64,000 nucleotides of DNA from Auanema rhodensis. Taxonomy: Eukaryota > Animalia > Nematoda. How positions within the stretch are numbered: position 1 is the stretch's first letter; every line of letters starts with the position of its first letter. This document shows positions 42,001 to 56,149 of this stretch, piece by piece. Both the position numbers and the translations under genes were made by a program. The notes beneath the pieces are model-generated. The model had not been told where the DNA came from, made no database searches, and was given only the letters and a program-made list of their open reading frames with translations. Where the stretch lies: contig CAXKVF010000081.1 in assembly GCA_964057225.1 (NCBI GenBank), positions 248,001-312,000 on the forward strand. Reading direction: 5' to 3'.

Positions 42001-45000
42001 TAGCATAAATTAAAGTTCACGTAAATTTCAAAGTCATGGTTACCATGCACCAATATCAATAAAAATTTGTTTTTAGACTAATATGGACATGGGGAATCTT
42101 ATTTTGAAAACCGCATCTCTTTATCTTTCACGTGAAGCGAGTTACATACCAAGTGCACATCACGTGTACATTTAATTAGCATAAATTAAAGTTCACGTAA
42201 ATTTCAAAGTCATGGTTACCATGCACCAATATCAATAAAAATTTGTTTTTAGACTAATATGGACATGGGAAATCTTATTTTGAAAACCGCATCTCTTTAT
42301 CTTTCACGTGAAGCGAGTTACATACCAAGTGCACATCACGTGTACATTTAATTAGCATAAATTAAAGTTCACGTAAATTTCAAAGTCATGGTTACCATGC
42401 ACCAATATCAATAAAAATTTGTTTTTAGACTAATATGCACATGGGGAATCTAATTATGAAAACCGCATCTCTTTATCTTTCACGTGAAGCGAGTTACATA
42501 CCAAGTGCACATCACGTGTACATTTAATTAGCATAAATTAAAGTTCACGTAAATTTCAAAGTCATGGTTACCATGCACCAATATCAATAAAAATTTGTTT
42601 TTAGACTAATATGGACATGAGGAATCTAATTTTGAAAACCGCATCTCTTTATCTTTCACGTGAAGCGAGTTACATACCAAGTGCACATCACGTGTACATT
42701 TAATAAGCATAAATTAAAGTTCACGTAAATTTCAAAGTCATGGTTACCATGCACCAATATCAATAAAAATTTGTTTTTAGACTAATATGGACATGGGGAA
42801 TCTCATTTTGAAAACCGCATCTCTTTATCTTTCACGTGAAGCGAGTTACATACCAAGTGCACATCACGTGTACATTTAATTAGCATAAATTAAAGTTCAC
42901 GTAAATTTCAAAGTCATGGTTACCATGAACCAATATCAATGAAAATTTGTTTTTAGACTAATATGGACATGGGGAATCAAATTTTGAAAACCGCATCTCT
43001 TTATCTTTCACGTAAAGCGAGTTACATACCAATTGCACATCACGTGTACATTTAATTAGCATAAATTAAAGTTCACGTAATTTTCAAAGTCATGGTTACC
43101 ATGCACCAATATCAATAAAAAATTGTTTTTAGACTAATATGGACATGGGGAATCTAATTTTGAAAACCGCATCTCTTTATCTTTCACGTGAAGCGAGTTA
43201 CATAACAAGTGCACATCACGTGTACATTTAATTAGCATAAATTAAAGTTCACGTAAATTTCAAAGTCATGGTTACCATGAACCAATATCAATGAAAATTT
43301 GTTTTTAGGCTAATATGGACATGGGGAATCAAATTTTGAAAACCGCATCTCTTTATCTTTCACGTGAAGCGAGTTACATAACAAGTGCACATCACGTGTA
43401 CATTTAATTAGCATAAATTAAAGTTCACGTAAATTTCAAAGTCATGGTTACCATGCACCAATATCAATAAAAAATTGTTTTTAGACTAATATGGACATGG
43501 GGAATCTTATTTTGAAAACCGCATCTCTTTATCTTTCACGTGAAGCGAGTTACATACCAAGTGCACATCACGTGTACATTTAATTAGCATAAATTAAAGT
43601 TCACGTAAATTTCAAAGTCATGGTTACCATGCACCAATATCAATAAAAATTTGTTTTTAGACTAATATGCACATGGGGAATCTAATTTTGAAAACCGCAT
43701 CTCTTTATCTTTCACGTGAAGCGAGTTACATACCAAGTGCACATCACGTGTACATTTAATTAGCATAAATTAAAGTTCACGTAAATTTCAAAGTCATGGT
43801 TACCATGCACCAATATCAATAAAAATTTGTTTTTAGACTAATATGGACATGAGGAATCTAATTTTGAAAACCGCATCTCTTTATCTTTCACGTGAAGCGA
43901 GTTACATACCAAGTGCACATCACGTGTACATTTAATAAGCATAAATTAAAGTTCACGTAAATTTCAAAGTCATGGTTACCATGCACCAATATCAATAAAA
44001 ATTTGTTTTTAGACTAATATGGACATGGGGAATCTAATTTTGAAAACCGCATCTCTTTATCTTTCACGTGAAGCGAGTTACATACCAAGTGCACATCACG
44101 TGTACATTTAATTAGCATAAATTAAAGTTCACGTAAATTTCAAAGTCATGGTTACCATGAACCAATATCAATGAAAATTTGTTTTTAGACTAATATGGAC
44201 ATGGGGAATTAAATTTTGAAAACCGCATCTCTTTATCTTTCACGTGAAGCGAGTTACATACCAAGTGCACATCACGTGTACATTTAATTAGCATAAATTA
44301 AAGTTCACGTAAATTTCAAAGTCATGGTTACCATGCACCAATATCAATAAAAATTTGTTTTTAGACTAATATGCACATGGGGAATCTAATTTTGAAAACC
44401 GCATCTCTTTATCTTTCACGTGAAGCGAGTTACATACCAAGTGCACATCACGTGTACATTTAATTAGCATAAATTAAAGTTCACGTAAATTTCAAAGTCA
44501 TGGTTACCATGCACCAATATCAATAAAAATTTGTTTTTAGACTAATATGGACATGAGGAATCTAATTCTGAAAACCGCATCTCTTTATCTTTCACGTGAA
44601 GCGAGTTACATACCAAGTGCACATCACGTGTACATTTAATAAGCATAAATTAAAGTTCACGTAAATTTCAAAGTCATGGTTACCATGCACCAATATCAAT
44701 AAAAATTTGTTTTTAGACTAATATGGACATGGGGAATCTAATTTTGAAAACCGCATCTCTTTATCTTTCACGTGAAGCGAGTTACATACCAAGTGCACAT
44801 CACGTGTACATTTAATTAGCATAAATTAAAGTTCACGTAAATTTCAAAGTCATGGTTACCATGAACCAATATCAATGAAAATTTGTTTTTAGACTAATAT
44901 GGACATGGGGAATCAAATTTCGAAAACCGCATCTCTTTATCTTTCACGTGAAGCGAGTTACATACCAAGTGCACATCACGTGTACATTTAATTAGCATAA

Positions 45001-45328
45001 ATTAAAGTTCACGTAAATTTCAAAGTCATGGTTACCATGCACCAATATCAATAAAAAATTGTTTTTAGACTAATATGGACATGGGGAATCTAATTTTGAA
45101 AACCGCATCTCTTTATCTTTCACGTGAAGCGAGTTACATACCAAGTGCACATCACGTGTACATTTAATTAGCATAAATTAAAGTTCACGTAAATTTCAAA
45201 GTCATGGTTACCATGAACCAATATCAATGAAAATTTGTTTTTAGACTAATATGGACATGGGGAATCAAATTTTGAAAACCGCATCTCTTTATCTTTCACG
45301 TGAAGCGAGTTACATACCAAGTGCACAT

Positions 45329-45350
45329 CACGTGTACATCACGTGTACAT
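45329..45350 (+). other. 11-bp internal tandem duplication (CACGTGTACAT x2) giving a 187-bp monomer
   Basis: The sequence reads GTGCACAT-CACGTGTACAT-CACGTGTACAT-TTAATT, and downstream phase shifts by +11. Confidence 0.95.
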
Positions 45351-48300
45351 TTAATTAGCATAAATTAAAGTTCACGTAAATTTCAAAGTCATGGTTACCA
45401 TGCACCAATATCAATAAAAATTTGTTTTTAGACTAATATGGACATGGGGAATCTTATTTTGAAAACCGCATCTCTTTATCTTTCACGTGAAGCGAGTTAC
45501 ATACCAAGTGCACATCACGTGTACATTTAATTAGCATAAATTAAAGTTCACGTAAATTTCAAAGTCATGGTTACCATGCACCAATATCAATAAAAAATTG
45601 TTTTTAGACTAATATGGACATGGGGAATCTAATTTTGAAAACCGCATCTCTTTATCTTTCACGTGAAGCGAGTTACATACCAAGTGCACATCACGTGTAC
45701 ATTTAATTAGCATAGATTAAAGTTCACGTAAATTTCAAAGTCATGGTTACCATGCACCAATATCAATAAAAATTTGTTTTTAGACTAATATGGACATGAG
45801 GAATCAAATTTTGAAAACCGCATCTCTTCATCTTTCACGTGAAGCGAGTTACATACCAAGTGCACATCACGTGTACATTTAATTAGCATAAATTAAAGTT
45901 CACGTAAATTTCAAAGTCATGGTTACCATGCACCAATATCAATAAAAAATTGTTTTTAGACTAATATGGACATGGGGAATCTAATTTTGAAAACCGCATC
46001 TCTTTATCTTTCACGTGAAGCGAGTTACATACCAAGTGCACATCACGTGTACATTTAATTAGCATAAATTAAAGTTCACGTAAATTTCAAAGTCATGGTT
46101 ACCATGAACCAATATCAATGAAAATTTGTTTTTAGACTAATATGGACATGGGGAATCAAATTTTGAAAACCGCATCTCTTTATCTTTCACGTGAAGCGAG
46201 TTACATACCAAGTGCACATCACGTGTACATTTAATTAGCATAAATTAAAGTTCACGTAAATTTCAAAGTCATGGTTACCATGAACCAATATCAATGAAAA
46301 TTTGTTTTTAGACTAATATGGACATGGGGAATCAAATTTTGAAAACCGCATCTCTTTATCTTTCACGTGAAGCGAGTTACATACCAAGTGCACATCACGT
46401 GTACATTTAATTAGCATAAATTAAAGTTCACGTAAATTTCAAAGTCATGGTTACCATGCACCAATATCAATAAAAATTTGTTTTTAGACTAATATGGACA
46501 TGGGGAATCTAATTTTGAAAACCGCATCTCTTTATCTTTCACGTGAAGCGAGTTACATACCAAGTGCACATCACGTGTACATTTAATTAGCATAAATTAA
46601 AGTTCACGTAAATTTCAAAGTCATGGTTACCATGAACCAATATCAATGAAAATTTGTTTTTAGACTAATATGGACATGGGGAATCAAATTTTGAAAACCG
46701 CATCTCTTTATCTTTCACGTGAAGCGAGTTACATACCAAGTGCACATCACGTGTACATTTAATTAGCATAAATTAAAGTTCACGTAAATTTCAAAGTCAT
46801 GGTTACCATGCACCAATATCAATAAAAAATTGTTTTTAGACTAATATGGACATGGGGAATCTAATTTTGAAAACCGCATCTCTTTATCTTTCACGTGAAG
46901 CGAGTTACATACCAAGTGCACATCACGTGTACATTTAATTAGCATAAATTAAAGTTCACGTAAATTTCAAAGTCATGGTTACCATGAACCAATATCAATG
47001 AAAATTTGTTTTTAGACTAATATGGACATGGGGAATCAAATTTTGAAAACCGCATCTCTTTATCTTTCACGTGAAGCGAGTTACATACCAAGTGCACATC
47101 ACGTGTACATTTAATTAGCATAAATTAAAGTTCACGTAAATTTCAAAGTCATGGTTACCATGCACCAATATCAATAAAAATTTGTTTTTAGACTAATATG
47201 GACATGGGGAATCTTATTTTGAAAACCGCATCTCTTTATCTTTCACGTGAAGCGAGTTACATACCAAGTGCACATCACGTGTACATTTAATTAGCATAAA
47301 TTAAAGTTCACGTAAATTTCAAAGTCATGGTTACCATGCACCAATATCAATAAAAAATTGTTTTTAGACTAATATGGACATGGGGAATCTAATTTTGAAA
47401 ACCGCATCTCTTTATCTTTCACGTGAAGCGAGTTACATACCAAGTGCACATCACGTGTACATTTAATTAGCATAGATTAAAGTTCACGTAAATTTCAAAG
47501 TCATGGTTACCATGCACCAATATCAATAAAAATTTGTTTTTAGACTAATATGGACATGAGGAATCAAATTTTGAAAACCGCATCTCTTTATCTTTCACGT
47601 GAAGCGAGTTACATACCAAGTGCACATCACGTGTACATTTAATTAGCATAAATTAAAGTTCACGTAAATTTCAAAGTCATGGTTACCATGCACCAATATC
47701 AATAAAAATTTGTTTTTAGACTAATATGCACATGGGGAATCTAATTTTGAAAACCGCATCTCTTTATCTTTCACGTGAAGCGAGTTACATACCAAGTGCC
47801 CATCACGTGTACATTTAATTAGCATAAATTAAAGTTCACGTAAATTTCAAAGTCATGGTTACCATGAACCAATATCAATGAAAATTTGTTTTTAGACTAA
47901 TATGGACATGGGGAATCAAATTTTGAAAACCGCATCTCTTTATCTTTCACGTGAAGCGAGTTACATACCAAGTGCACATCACGTGTACATTTAATTAGCA
48001 TAAATTAAAGTTCACGTAAATTTCAAAGTCATGGTTACCATGAACCAATATCAATGAAAATTTGTTTTTAGACTAATATGGACATGGGGAATCAAATTTT
48101 GAAAACCGCATCTCTTTATCTTTCACGTGAAGCGAGTTACATACCAAGTGCACATCACGTGTACATTTAATTAGCATAAATTAAAGTTCACGTAAATTTC
48201 AAAGTCATGGTTACCATGCACCAATATCAATAAAAATTTGTTTTTAGACTAATATGGACATGGGGAATCTTATTTTGAAAACCGCATCTCTTTATCTTTC

Positions 48301-51300
48301 ACGTGAAGCGAGTTACATACCAAGTGCACATCACGTGTACATTTAATTAGCATAAATTAAAGTTCACGTAAATTTCAAAGTCATGGTTACCATGCACCAA
48401 TATCAATAAAAAATTGTTTTTAGACTAATATGGACATGGTGAATCTAATTTTGAAAACCGCATCTCTTTATCTTTCACGTGAAGCGAGTTACATACCAAG
48501 TGCACATCACGTGTACATTTAATTAGCATAAATTAAAGTTCACGTAAATTTCAAAGTCATGGTTACCATGAACCAATATCAATGAAAATTTGTTTTTAGA
48601 CTAATATGGACATGGGGAATCAAATTTTGAAAACCGCATCTCTTTATCTTTCACGTGAAGCGAGTTACATACCAAGTGCACATCACGTGTACATTTAATT
48701 AGCATAAATTAAAGTTCACGTAAATTTCAAAGTCATGGTTACCATGCACCAATATGAATAAAAAATTGTTTTTAGACTAATATGGACATGGGGAATCTAA
48801 TTTTGAAAACCGCATCTCTTTATCTTTCACGTGAAGCGAGTTACATACCAAGTGCACATCACGTGTACATTTAATTAGCATAAATTAAAGTTCACGTAAA
48901 TTTCAAAGTCATGGTTACCATGAACCAATATCAATGAAAATTTGTTTTTAGACTAATATGGACATGGGGAATCAAATTTTGAAAACCGCATCTCTTTATC
49001 TTTCACGTGAAGCGAGTTACATACCAAGTGCACATCACGTGTACATTTAATTAGCATAAATTAAAGTTCACGTAAATTTCAAAGTCATGGTTACCATGCA
49101 CCAATATCAATAAAAAATTGTTTTTAGACTAATATGGACATGGGGAATCTAATTTTGAAAACCGCATCTCTTTATCTTTCACGTGAAGCGAGTTACATAC
49201 CAAGTGCACATCACGTGTACATTTAATTAGCATAAATTAAAGTTCACGTAAATTTCAAAGTCATGGTTACCATGAACCAATATCAATGAAAATTTGTTTT
49301 TAGACTAATATGGACATGGGGAATCAAATTTTGAAAACCGCATCTCTTTATCTTTCACGTGAAGCGAGTTACATACCAAGTGCACATCACGTGTACATTT
49401 AATTAGCATAAATTAAAGTTCACGTAAATTTCAAAGTCATGGTTACCATGCACCAATATCAATAAAAATTTGTTTTTAGACTAATATGGACATGGGGAAT
49501 CTTATTTTGAAAACCGCATCTCTTTATCTTTCACGTGAAGCGAGTTACATACCAAGTGCACATCACGTGTACATTTAATTAGCATAAATTAAAGTTCACG
49601 TAAATTTCAAAGTCATGGTTACCATGCACCAATATCAATAAAAATTTGTTTTTAGACTAATATGCACATGGGGAATCTAATTTTGAAAACCGCATCTCTT
49701 TATCTTTCACGTGAAGCGAGTTACATACCAAGTGCACATCACGTGTACATTTAATTAGCATAAATTAAAGTTCACGTAAATTTCAAAGTCATGGTTACCA
49801 TGCACCAATATCAATAAAAATTTGTTTTTAGACTAATATGGACATGGGGAATCTAATTTTGAAAACCGCATCTCTTTATCTTTCACGTGAAGCGAGTTAC
49901 ATACCAAGTGCACATCACGTGTACATTTAATTAGCATAAATTAAAGTTCACGTAAATTTCAAAGTCATGGTTACCATGAACCAATATCAATGAAAATTTG
50001 TTTTTAGGCTAATATGGACATGGGGAATCAAATTTTGAAAACCGCATCTCTTTATCTTTCACGTGAAGCGAGTTACATACCAAGTGCACATCACGTGTAC
50101 ATTTAATTAGCATAAATTAAAGTTCACGTAAACTTCAAAGTCATGGTTACCATGCACCAATATCAATAAAAATTTGTTTTTAGACTAATATGGACATGGG
50201 GAATCTTATTTTGAAAACCGCATCTCTTTATCTTTCACGTGAAGCGAGTTACATACCAAGTGCACATCACGTGTACATTTAATTAGCATAAATTAAAGTT
50301 CACGTAAATTTCAAAGTCATGGTTACCATGAACCAATATCAATGAAAATTTGTTTTTAGACTAATATGGACATGGGGAATCAAATTTTGAAAACCGCATC
50401 TCTTTATCTTTCACGTGAAGCGAGTTACATACCAAGTGCACATCACGTGTACATTTAATTAGCATAAATTAAAGTTCACGTAAATTTCAAAGTCATGGTT
50501 ACCATGCACCATTATCAATAAAAATTTGTTTTTAGACTAATATGCACATGGGGAATCTAATTTTGAAAACCGCATCTCTTTATCTTTCACGTGAAGCGAG
50601 TTACATACCAAGTGCACATCACGTGTACATTTAATTAGCATAAATTAAAGTTCACGTAAATTTCAAAGTCATGGTTACCATGCACCAATATCAATAAAAA
50701 TTTGTTTTTAGACTAATATGGACATGAGGAATCTAATTTTGAAAACCGCATCTCTTTATCTTTCACGTGAAGCGAGTTACATACCAAGTGCACATCACGT
50801 GTACATTTAATAAGCATAAATTAAAGTTCACGTAAATTTCAAAGTCATGGTTACCATGCACCAATATCAATAAAAATTTGTTTTTAGACTAATATGGACA
50901 TGGGGAATCTAATTTTGAAAACCGCATCTCTTTATCTTTCACGTGAAGCGAGTTACATACCAAGTGCACATCACGTGTACATTTAATTAGCATAAATTAA
51001 AGTTCACGTAAATTTCAAAGTCATGGTTACCATGAACCAATATCAATGAAAATTTGTTTTTAGACTAATATGGACATGGGGAATCAAATTTTGAAAACCG
51101 CATCTCTTTATCTTTCACGTGAAGCGAGTTACATACCAAGTGCACATCACGTGTACATTTAATTAGCATAAATTAAAGTTCACGTAAATTTCAAAGTCAT
51201 GGTTACCATGCACCAATATCAATAAAAAATTGTTTTTAGACTAATATGGACATGGGGAATCTAATTTTGAAAACCGCATCTCTTTATCTTTCACGTGAAG

Positions 51301-54300
51301 CGAGTTACATACCAAGTGCACATCACGTGTACATTTAATTAGCATAAATTAAAGTTCACGTAAATTTCAAAGTCATGGTTACCATGAACCAATATCAATG
51401 AAAATTTGTTTCTAGACTAATATGGACATGGGGAATCAAATTTTGAAAACCGCATCTCTTTATCTTTCACGTGAAGCGAGTTACATACCAAGTGCACATC
51501 ACGTGTACATTTAATTAGCATAAATTAAAGTTCACGTAAATTTCAAAGTCATGGTTACCATGCACCAATATCAATAAAAAATTGTTTTTAGACTAATATG
51601 GACATGGGGAATCTAATTTTGAAAACCGCATCTCTTTATCTTTCACGTGAAGCGAGTTACATACCAAGTGCACATCACGTGTTCATTTAATTAGCATAAA
51701 TTAAAGTTCACGTAAATTTCAAAGTCATGGTTACCATGAACCAATATCAATGAAAATTTGTTTTTAGACTAATATGGACATGGGGAATCAAATTTTGAAA
51801 ACCGCATCTCTTTATCTTTCACGTGAAGCGAGTTACATACCAAGTGCACATCACGTGTACATTTAATTAGCATAAATTAAAGTTCACGTAAATTTCAAAG
51901 TCATGGTTACCATGCACCAATATCAATAAAAATTTGTTTTTAGACTAATATGGACATGGGGAATCTTATTTTGAAAACCGCATCTCTTTATCTTTCACGT
52001 GAAGCGAGTTACATACCAAGTGCACATCACGTGTACATTTAATTAGCATAAATTAAAGTTCACGTAAATTTCAAAGTCATGGTTACCATGCACCAATATC
52101 AATAAAAATTTGTTTTTAGACTAATATGCACATGGGGAATCTAATTTTGAAAACCGCATCTCTTTATCTTTCACGTGAAGCGAGTTACATACCAAGTGCA
52201 CATCACGTGTACATTTAATTAGCATAAATTAAAGTTCACGTAAATTTCAAAGTCATGGTTACCATGCACCAATATCAATAAAAATTTGTTTTTAGACTAA
52301 TATGGACATGGGGAATCTAATTTTGAAAACCGCATCTCTTTATCTTTCACGTGAAGCGAGTTACATACCAAGTGCACATCACGTGTACATTTAATTAGCA
52401 TAAATTAAAGTTCACGTAAATTTCAAAGTCATGGTTACCATGAACCAATATCAATGAAAATTTGTTTTTAGGCTAATATGGACATGGGGAATCAAATTTT
52501 GAAAACCGCATCTCTTTATCTTTCACGTGAAGCGAGTTACATACCAAGTGCACATCACGTGTACATTTAATTAGCATAAATTAAAGTTCACGTAAACTTC
52601 AAAGTCATGGTTACCATGCACCAATATCAATAAAAATTTGTTTTTAGACTAATATGGACATGGGGAATCTTATTTTGAAAACCGCATCTCTTTATCTTTC
52701 ACGTGAAGCGAGTTACATACCAAGTGCACATCACGTGTACATTTAATTAGCATAAATTAAAGTTCACGTAAATTTCAAAGTCATGGTTACCATGCACCAA
52801 TATCAATAAAAATTTGTTTTTAGACTAATATGGACATGGGGAATCTTATTTCGAAAACCGCATCTCTTTATCTTTCACGTGAAGCGAGTTACATACCAAG
52901 TGCACATCACGTGTACATTTAATTAGCATAAATTAAAGTTCACGTAAATTTCAAAGTCATGGTTACCATGAACCAATATCAATGAAAATTTGTTTTTAGG
53001 CTAATATGGACATGGGGAATCAAATTTTGAAAACCGCATCTCTTTATCTTTCACGTGAAGCGAGTTACATACCAAGTGCACATCACGTGTACATTTAATT
53101 AGCATAAATTAAAGTTCACGTAAACTTCAAAGTCATGGTTACCATGCACCAATATCAATAAAAATTTGTTTTTAGACTAATATGGACATGGGGAATCTTA
53201 TTTTGAAAACCGCATCTCTTTATCTTTCACGTGAAGCGAGTTACATACCAAGTGCACATCACGTGTACATTTAATTAGCATAAATTAAAGTTCACGTAAA
53301 TTTCAAAGTCATGGTTACCATGCACCAATATCAATAAAAATTTGTTTTTAGACTAATATGGACATGGGGAATCTTATTTTGAAAACCGCATCTCTTTATC
53401 TTTCACGTGAAGCGAGTTACATACCAAGTGCACATCACGTGTACATTTAATTAGCATAAATTAAAGTTCACGTAAATTTCAAAGTCATGGTTACCATGCA
53501 CCAATATCAATAAAAATTTGTTTTTAGACTAATATGGACATGGGGAATCTAATTTTGAAAACCGCATCTCTTTATCTTTCACGTGAAGCGAGTTACATAC
53601 CAAGTGCACATCACGTGTACATTTAATTAGCATAAATTAAAGTTCACGTAAATTTCAAAGTCATGGTTACCATGCACCAATATCAATAAAAATTTGTTTT
53701 TAGACTAATATGGAGATGAGGAATCTAATTTTGAAAACCGCATCTCTTTATCTTTCACGTGAAGCGAGTTACATACCAAGTGCACATCACGTGTACATTT
53801 AATTAGCATAAATTAAAGTTCACGTAAATTTCAAAGTCATGGTTACCATGCACCAATATCAATAAAAATTTGTTTTTAGACTAATATGGACATGGGGAAT
53901 CTAATTTTGAAAACCGCATCTCTTTATCTTTCACGTGAAGCGAGTTACATACCAAGTGCACATCACGTGTACATTTAATTAGCATAAATTAAAGTTCACG
54001 TAAACTTCAAAGTCATGGTTACCATGCACCAATATCAATAAAAATTTGTTTTTAGACTAATATGGACATGGGGAATCTTATTTTGAAAACCGCATCTCTT
54101 TATCTTTCACGTGAAGCGAGTTACATACCAAGTGCACATCACGTGTACATTTAATTAGCATAAATTAAAGTTCACGTAAATTTCAAAGTCATGGTTACCA
54201 TGCACCAATATCAATAAAAATTTGTTTTTAGACTAATATGGACATGGGGAATCTTATTTTGAAAACCGCATCTCTTTATCTTTCACGTGAAGCGAGTTAC

Positions 54301-56149
54301 ATACCAAGTGCACATCACGTGTACATTTAATTAGCATAAATTAAAGTTCACGTAAATTTCAAAGTCATGGTTACCATGCACCAATATCAATAAAAATTTG
54401 TTTTTAGACTAATATGGACATGGGGAATCTTATTTTGAAAACCGCATCTCTTTATCTTTCACGTGAAGCGAGTTACATACCAAGTGCACATCACGTGTAC
54501 ATTTAATTAGCATAAATTAAAGTTCACGTAAATTTCAAAGTCATGGTTACCATGCACCAATATCAATAAAAATTTGTTTTTAGACTAATATGGACATGGG
54601 GAATCTTATTTTGAAAACCGCATCTCTTTATCTTTCACGTGAAGCGAGTTACATACCAAGTGCACATCACGTGTACATTTAATTAGCATAAATTAAAGTT
54701 CACGTAAATTTCAAAGTCATGGTTACCATGCACCAATATCAATAAAAATTTGTTTTTAGACTAATATGGACATGGGGAATCTAATTTTGAAAACCGCATC
54801 TCTTTATCTTTCACGTGAAGCGAGTTACATACTAAGTGCACATCACGTGTACATTTAATTAGCATAAATTAAAGTTCACGTAAATTTCAAAGTCATGGTT
54901 ACCATGCACCAATATCAATAAAAATTTGTTTTTAGACTAATATGGAGATGAGGAATCTAATTTTGAAAACCGCATCTCTTTATCTTTCACGTGAAGCGAG
55001 TTACATACCAAGTGCACATCACGTGTACATTTAATTAGCATAAATTAAAGTTCACGTAAATTTCAAAGTCATGGTTACCATGCACCAATATCAATAAAAA
55101 TTTGTTTTTAGACTAATATGGACATGGGGAATCTAATTTTGAAAACCGCATCTCTTTATCTTTCACGTGAAGCGAGTTACATACCAAGTGCACATCACGT
55201 GTACATTTAATTAGCATAAATTAAAGTTCACGTAAACTTCAAAGTCATGGTTACCATGCACCAATATCAATAAAAATTTGTTTTTAAACTAATATGGACA
55301 TGGGGAATCTTATTTTGAAAACCGCATCTCTTTATCTTTCACGTGAAGCGAGTTACATACCAAGTGCACATCACGTGTACATTTAATTAGCATAAATTAA
55401 AGTTCACGTAAATTTCAAAGTCATGGTTACCATGCACCAATATCATAAAAAAATTGTTTTTAGACTAATATGGACATGGGGAATCTAATTTTGAAAACCG
55501 CATCTCTTTATCTTTCACGTGAAGCGAGTTACATACCAAGTGCACATCACGTGTACATTTAATTAGCATAAATTAAAGTTCACGTAAATTTCAAAGTCAT
55601 GGTTACCATGCGCCAATATCAATAAAAATTTGTTTTTAGACTAATATGGACATGGGGAATCTTATTTTGAAAACCGCATATCTTTATCTTTCACGTGAAG
55701 CGAGTTACATACCAAGTGCACATCACGTGTACATTTAATTAGCATAAATTAAAGTTCACGTAAACTTCAAAGTCATGGTTACCATGCACCAATATCAATA
55801 AAAATTTGTTTTTAGACTAATATGGACATGGGGAATCTTATTTTGAAAACCGCATCTCTTTATCTTTCACGTGAAGCGAGTTACATACCAAGTGCACATC
55901 ACGTGTACATTTAATTAGCATAAATTAAAGTTCACGTAAATTTCAAAGTCATGGTTACCATGCACCAATATCAATAAAAATTTGTTTTTAGACTAATATG
56001 GACATGGGGAATCTAATTTTGAAAACCGCATCTCTTTATCTTTCACGTGAAGCGAGTTACATACCAAGTGCACATCACGTGTACATTTAATTAGCATAAA
56101 TTAAAGTTCACGTAAATTTCAAAGTCATGGTTACCATGCACCAATATCA

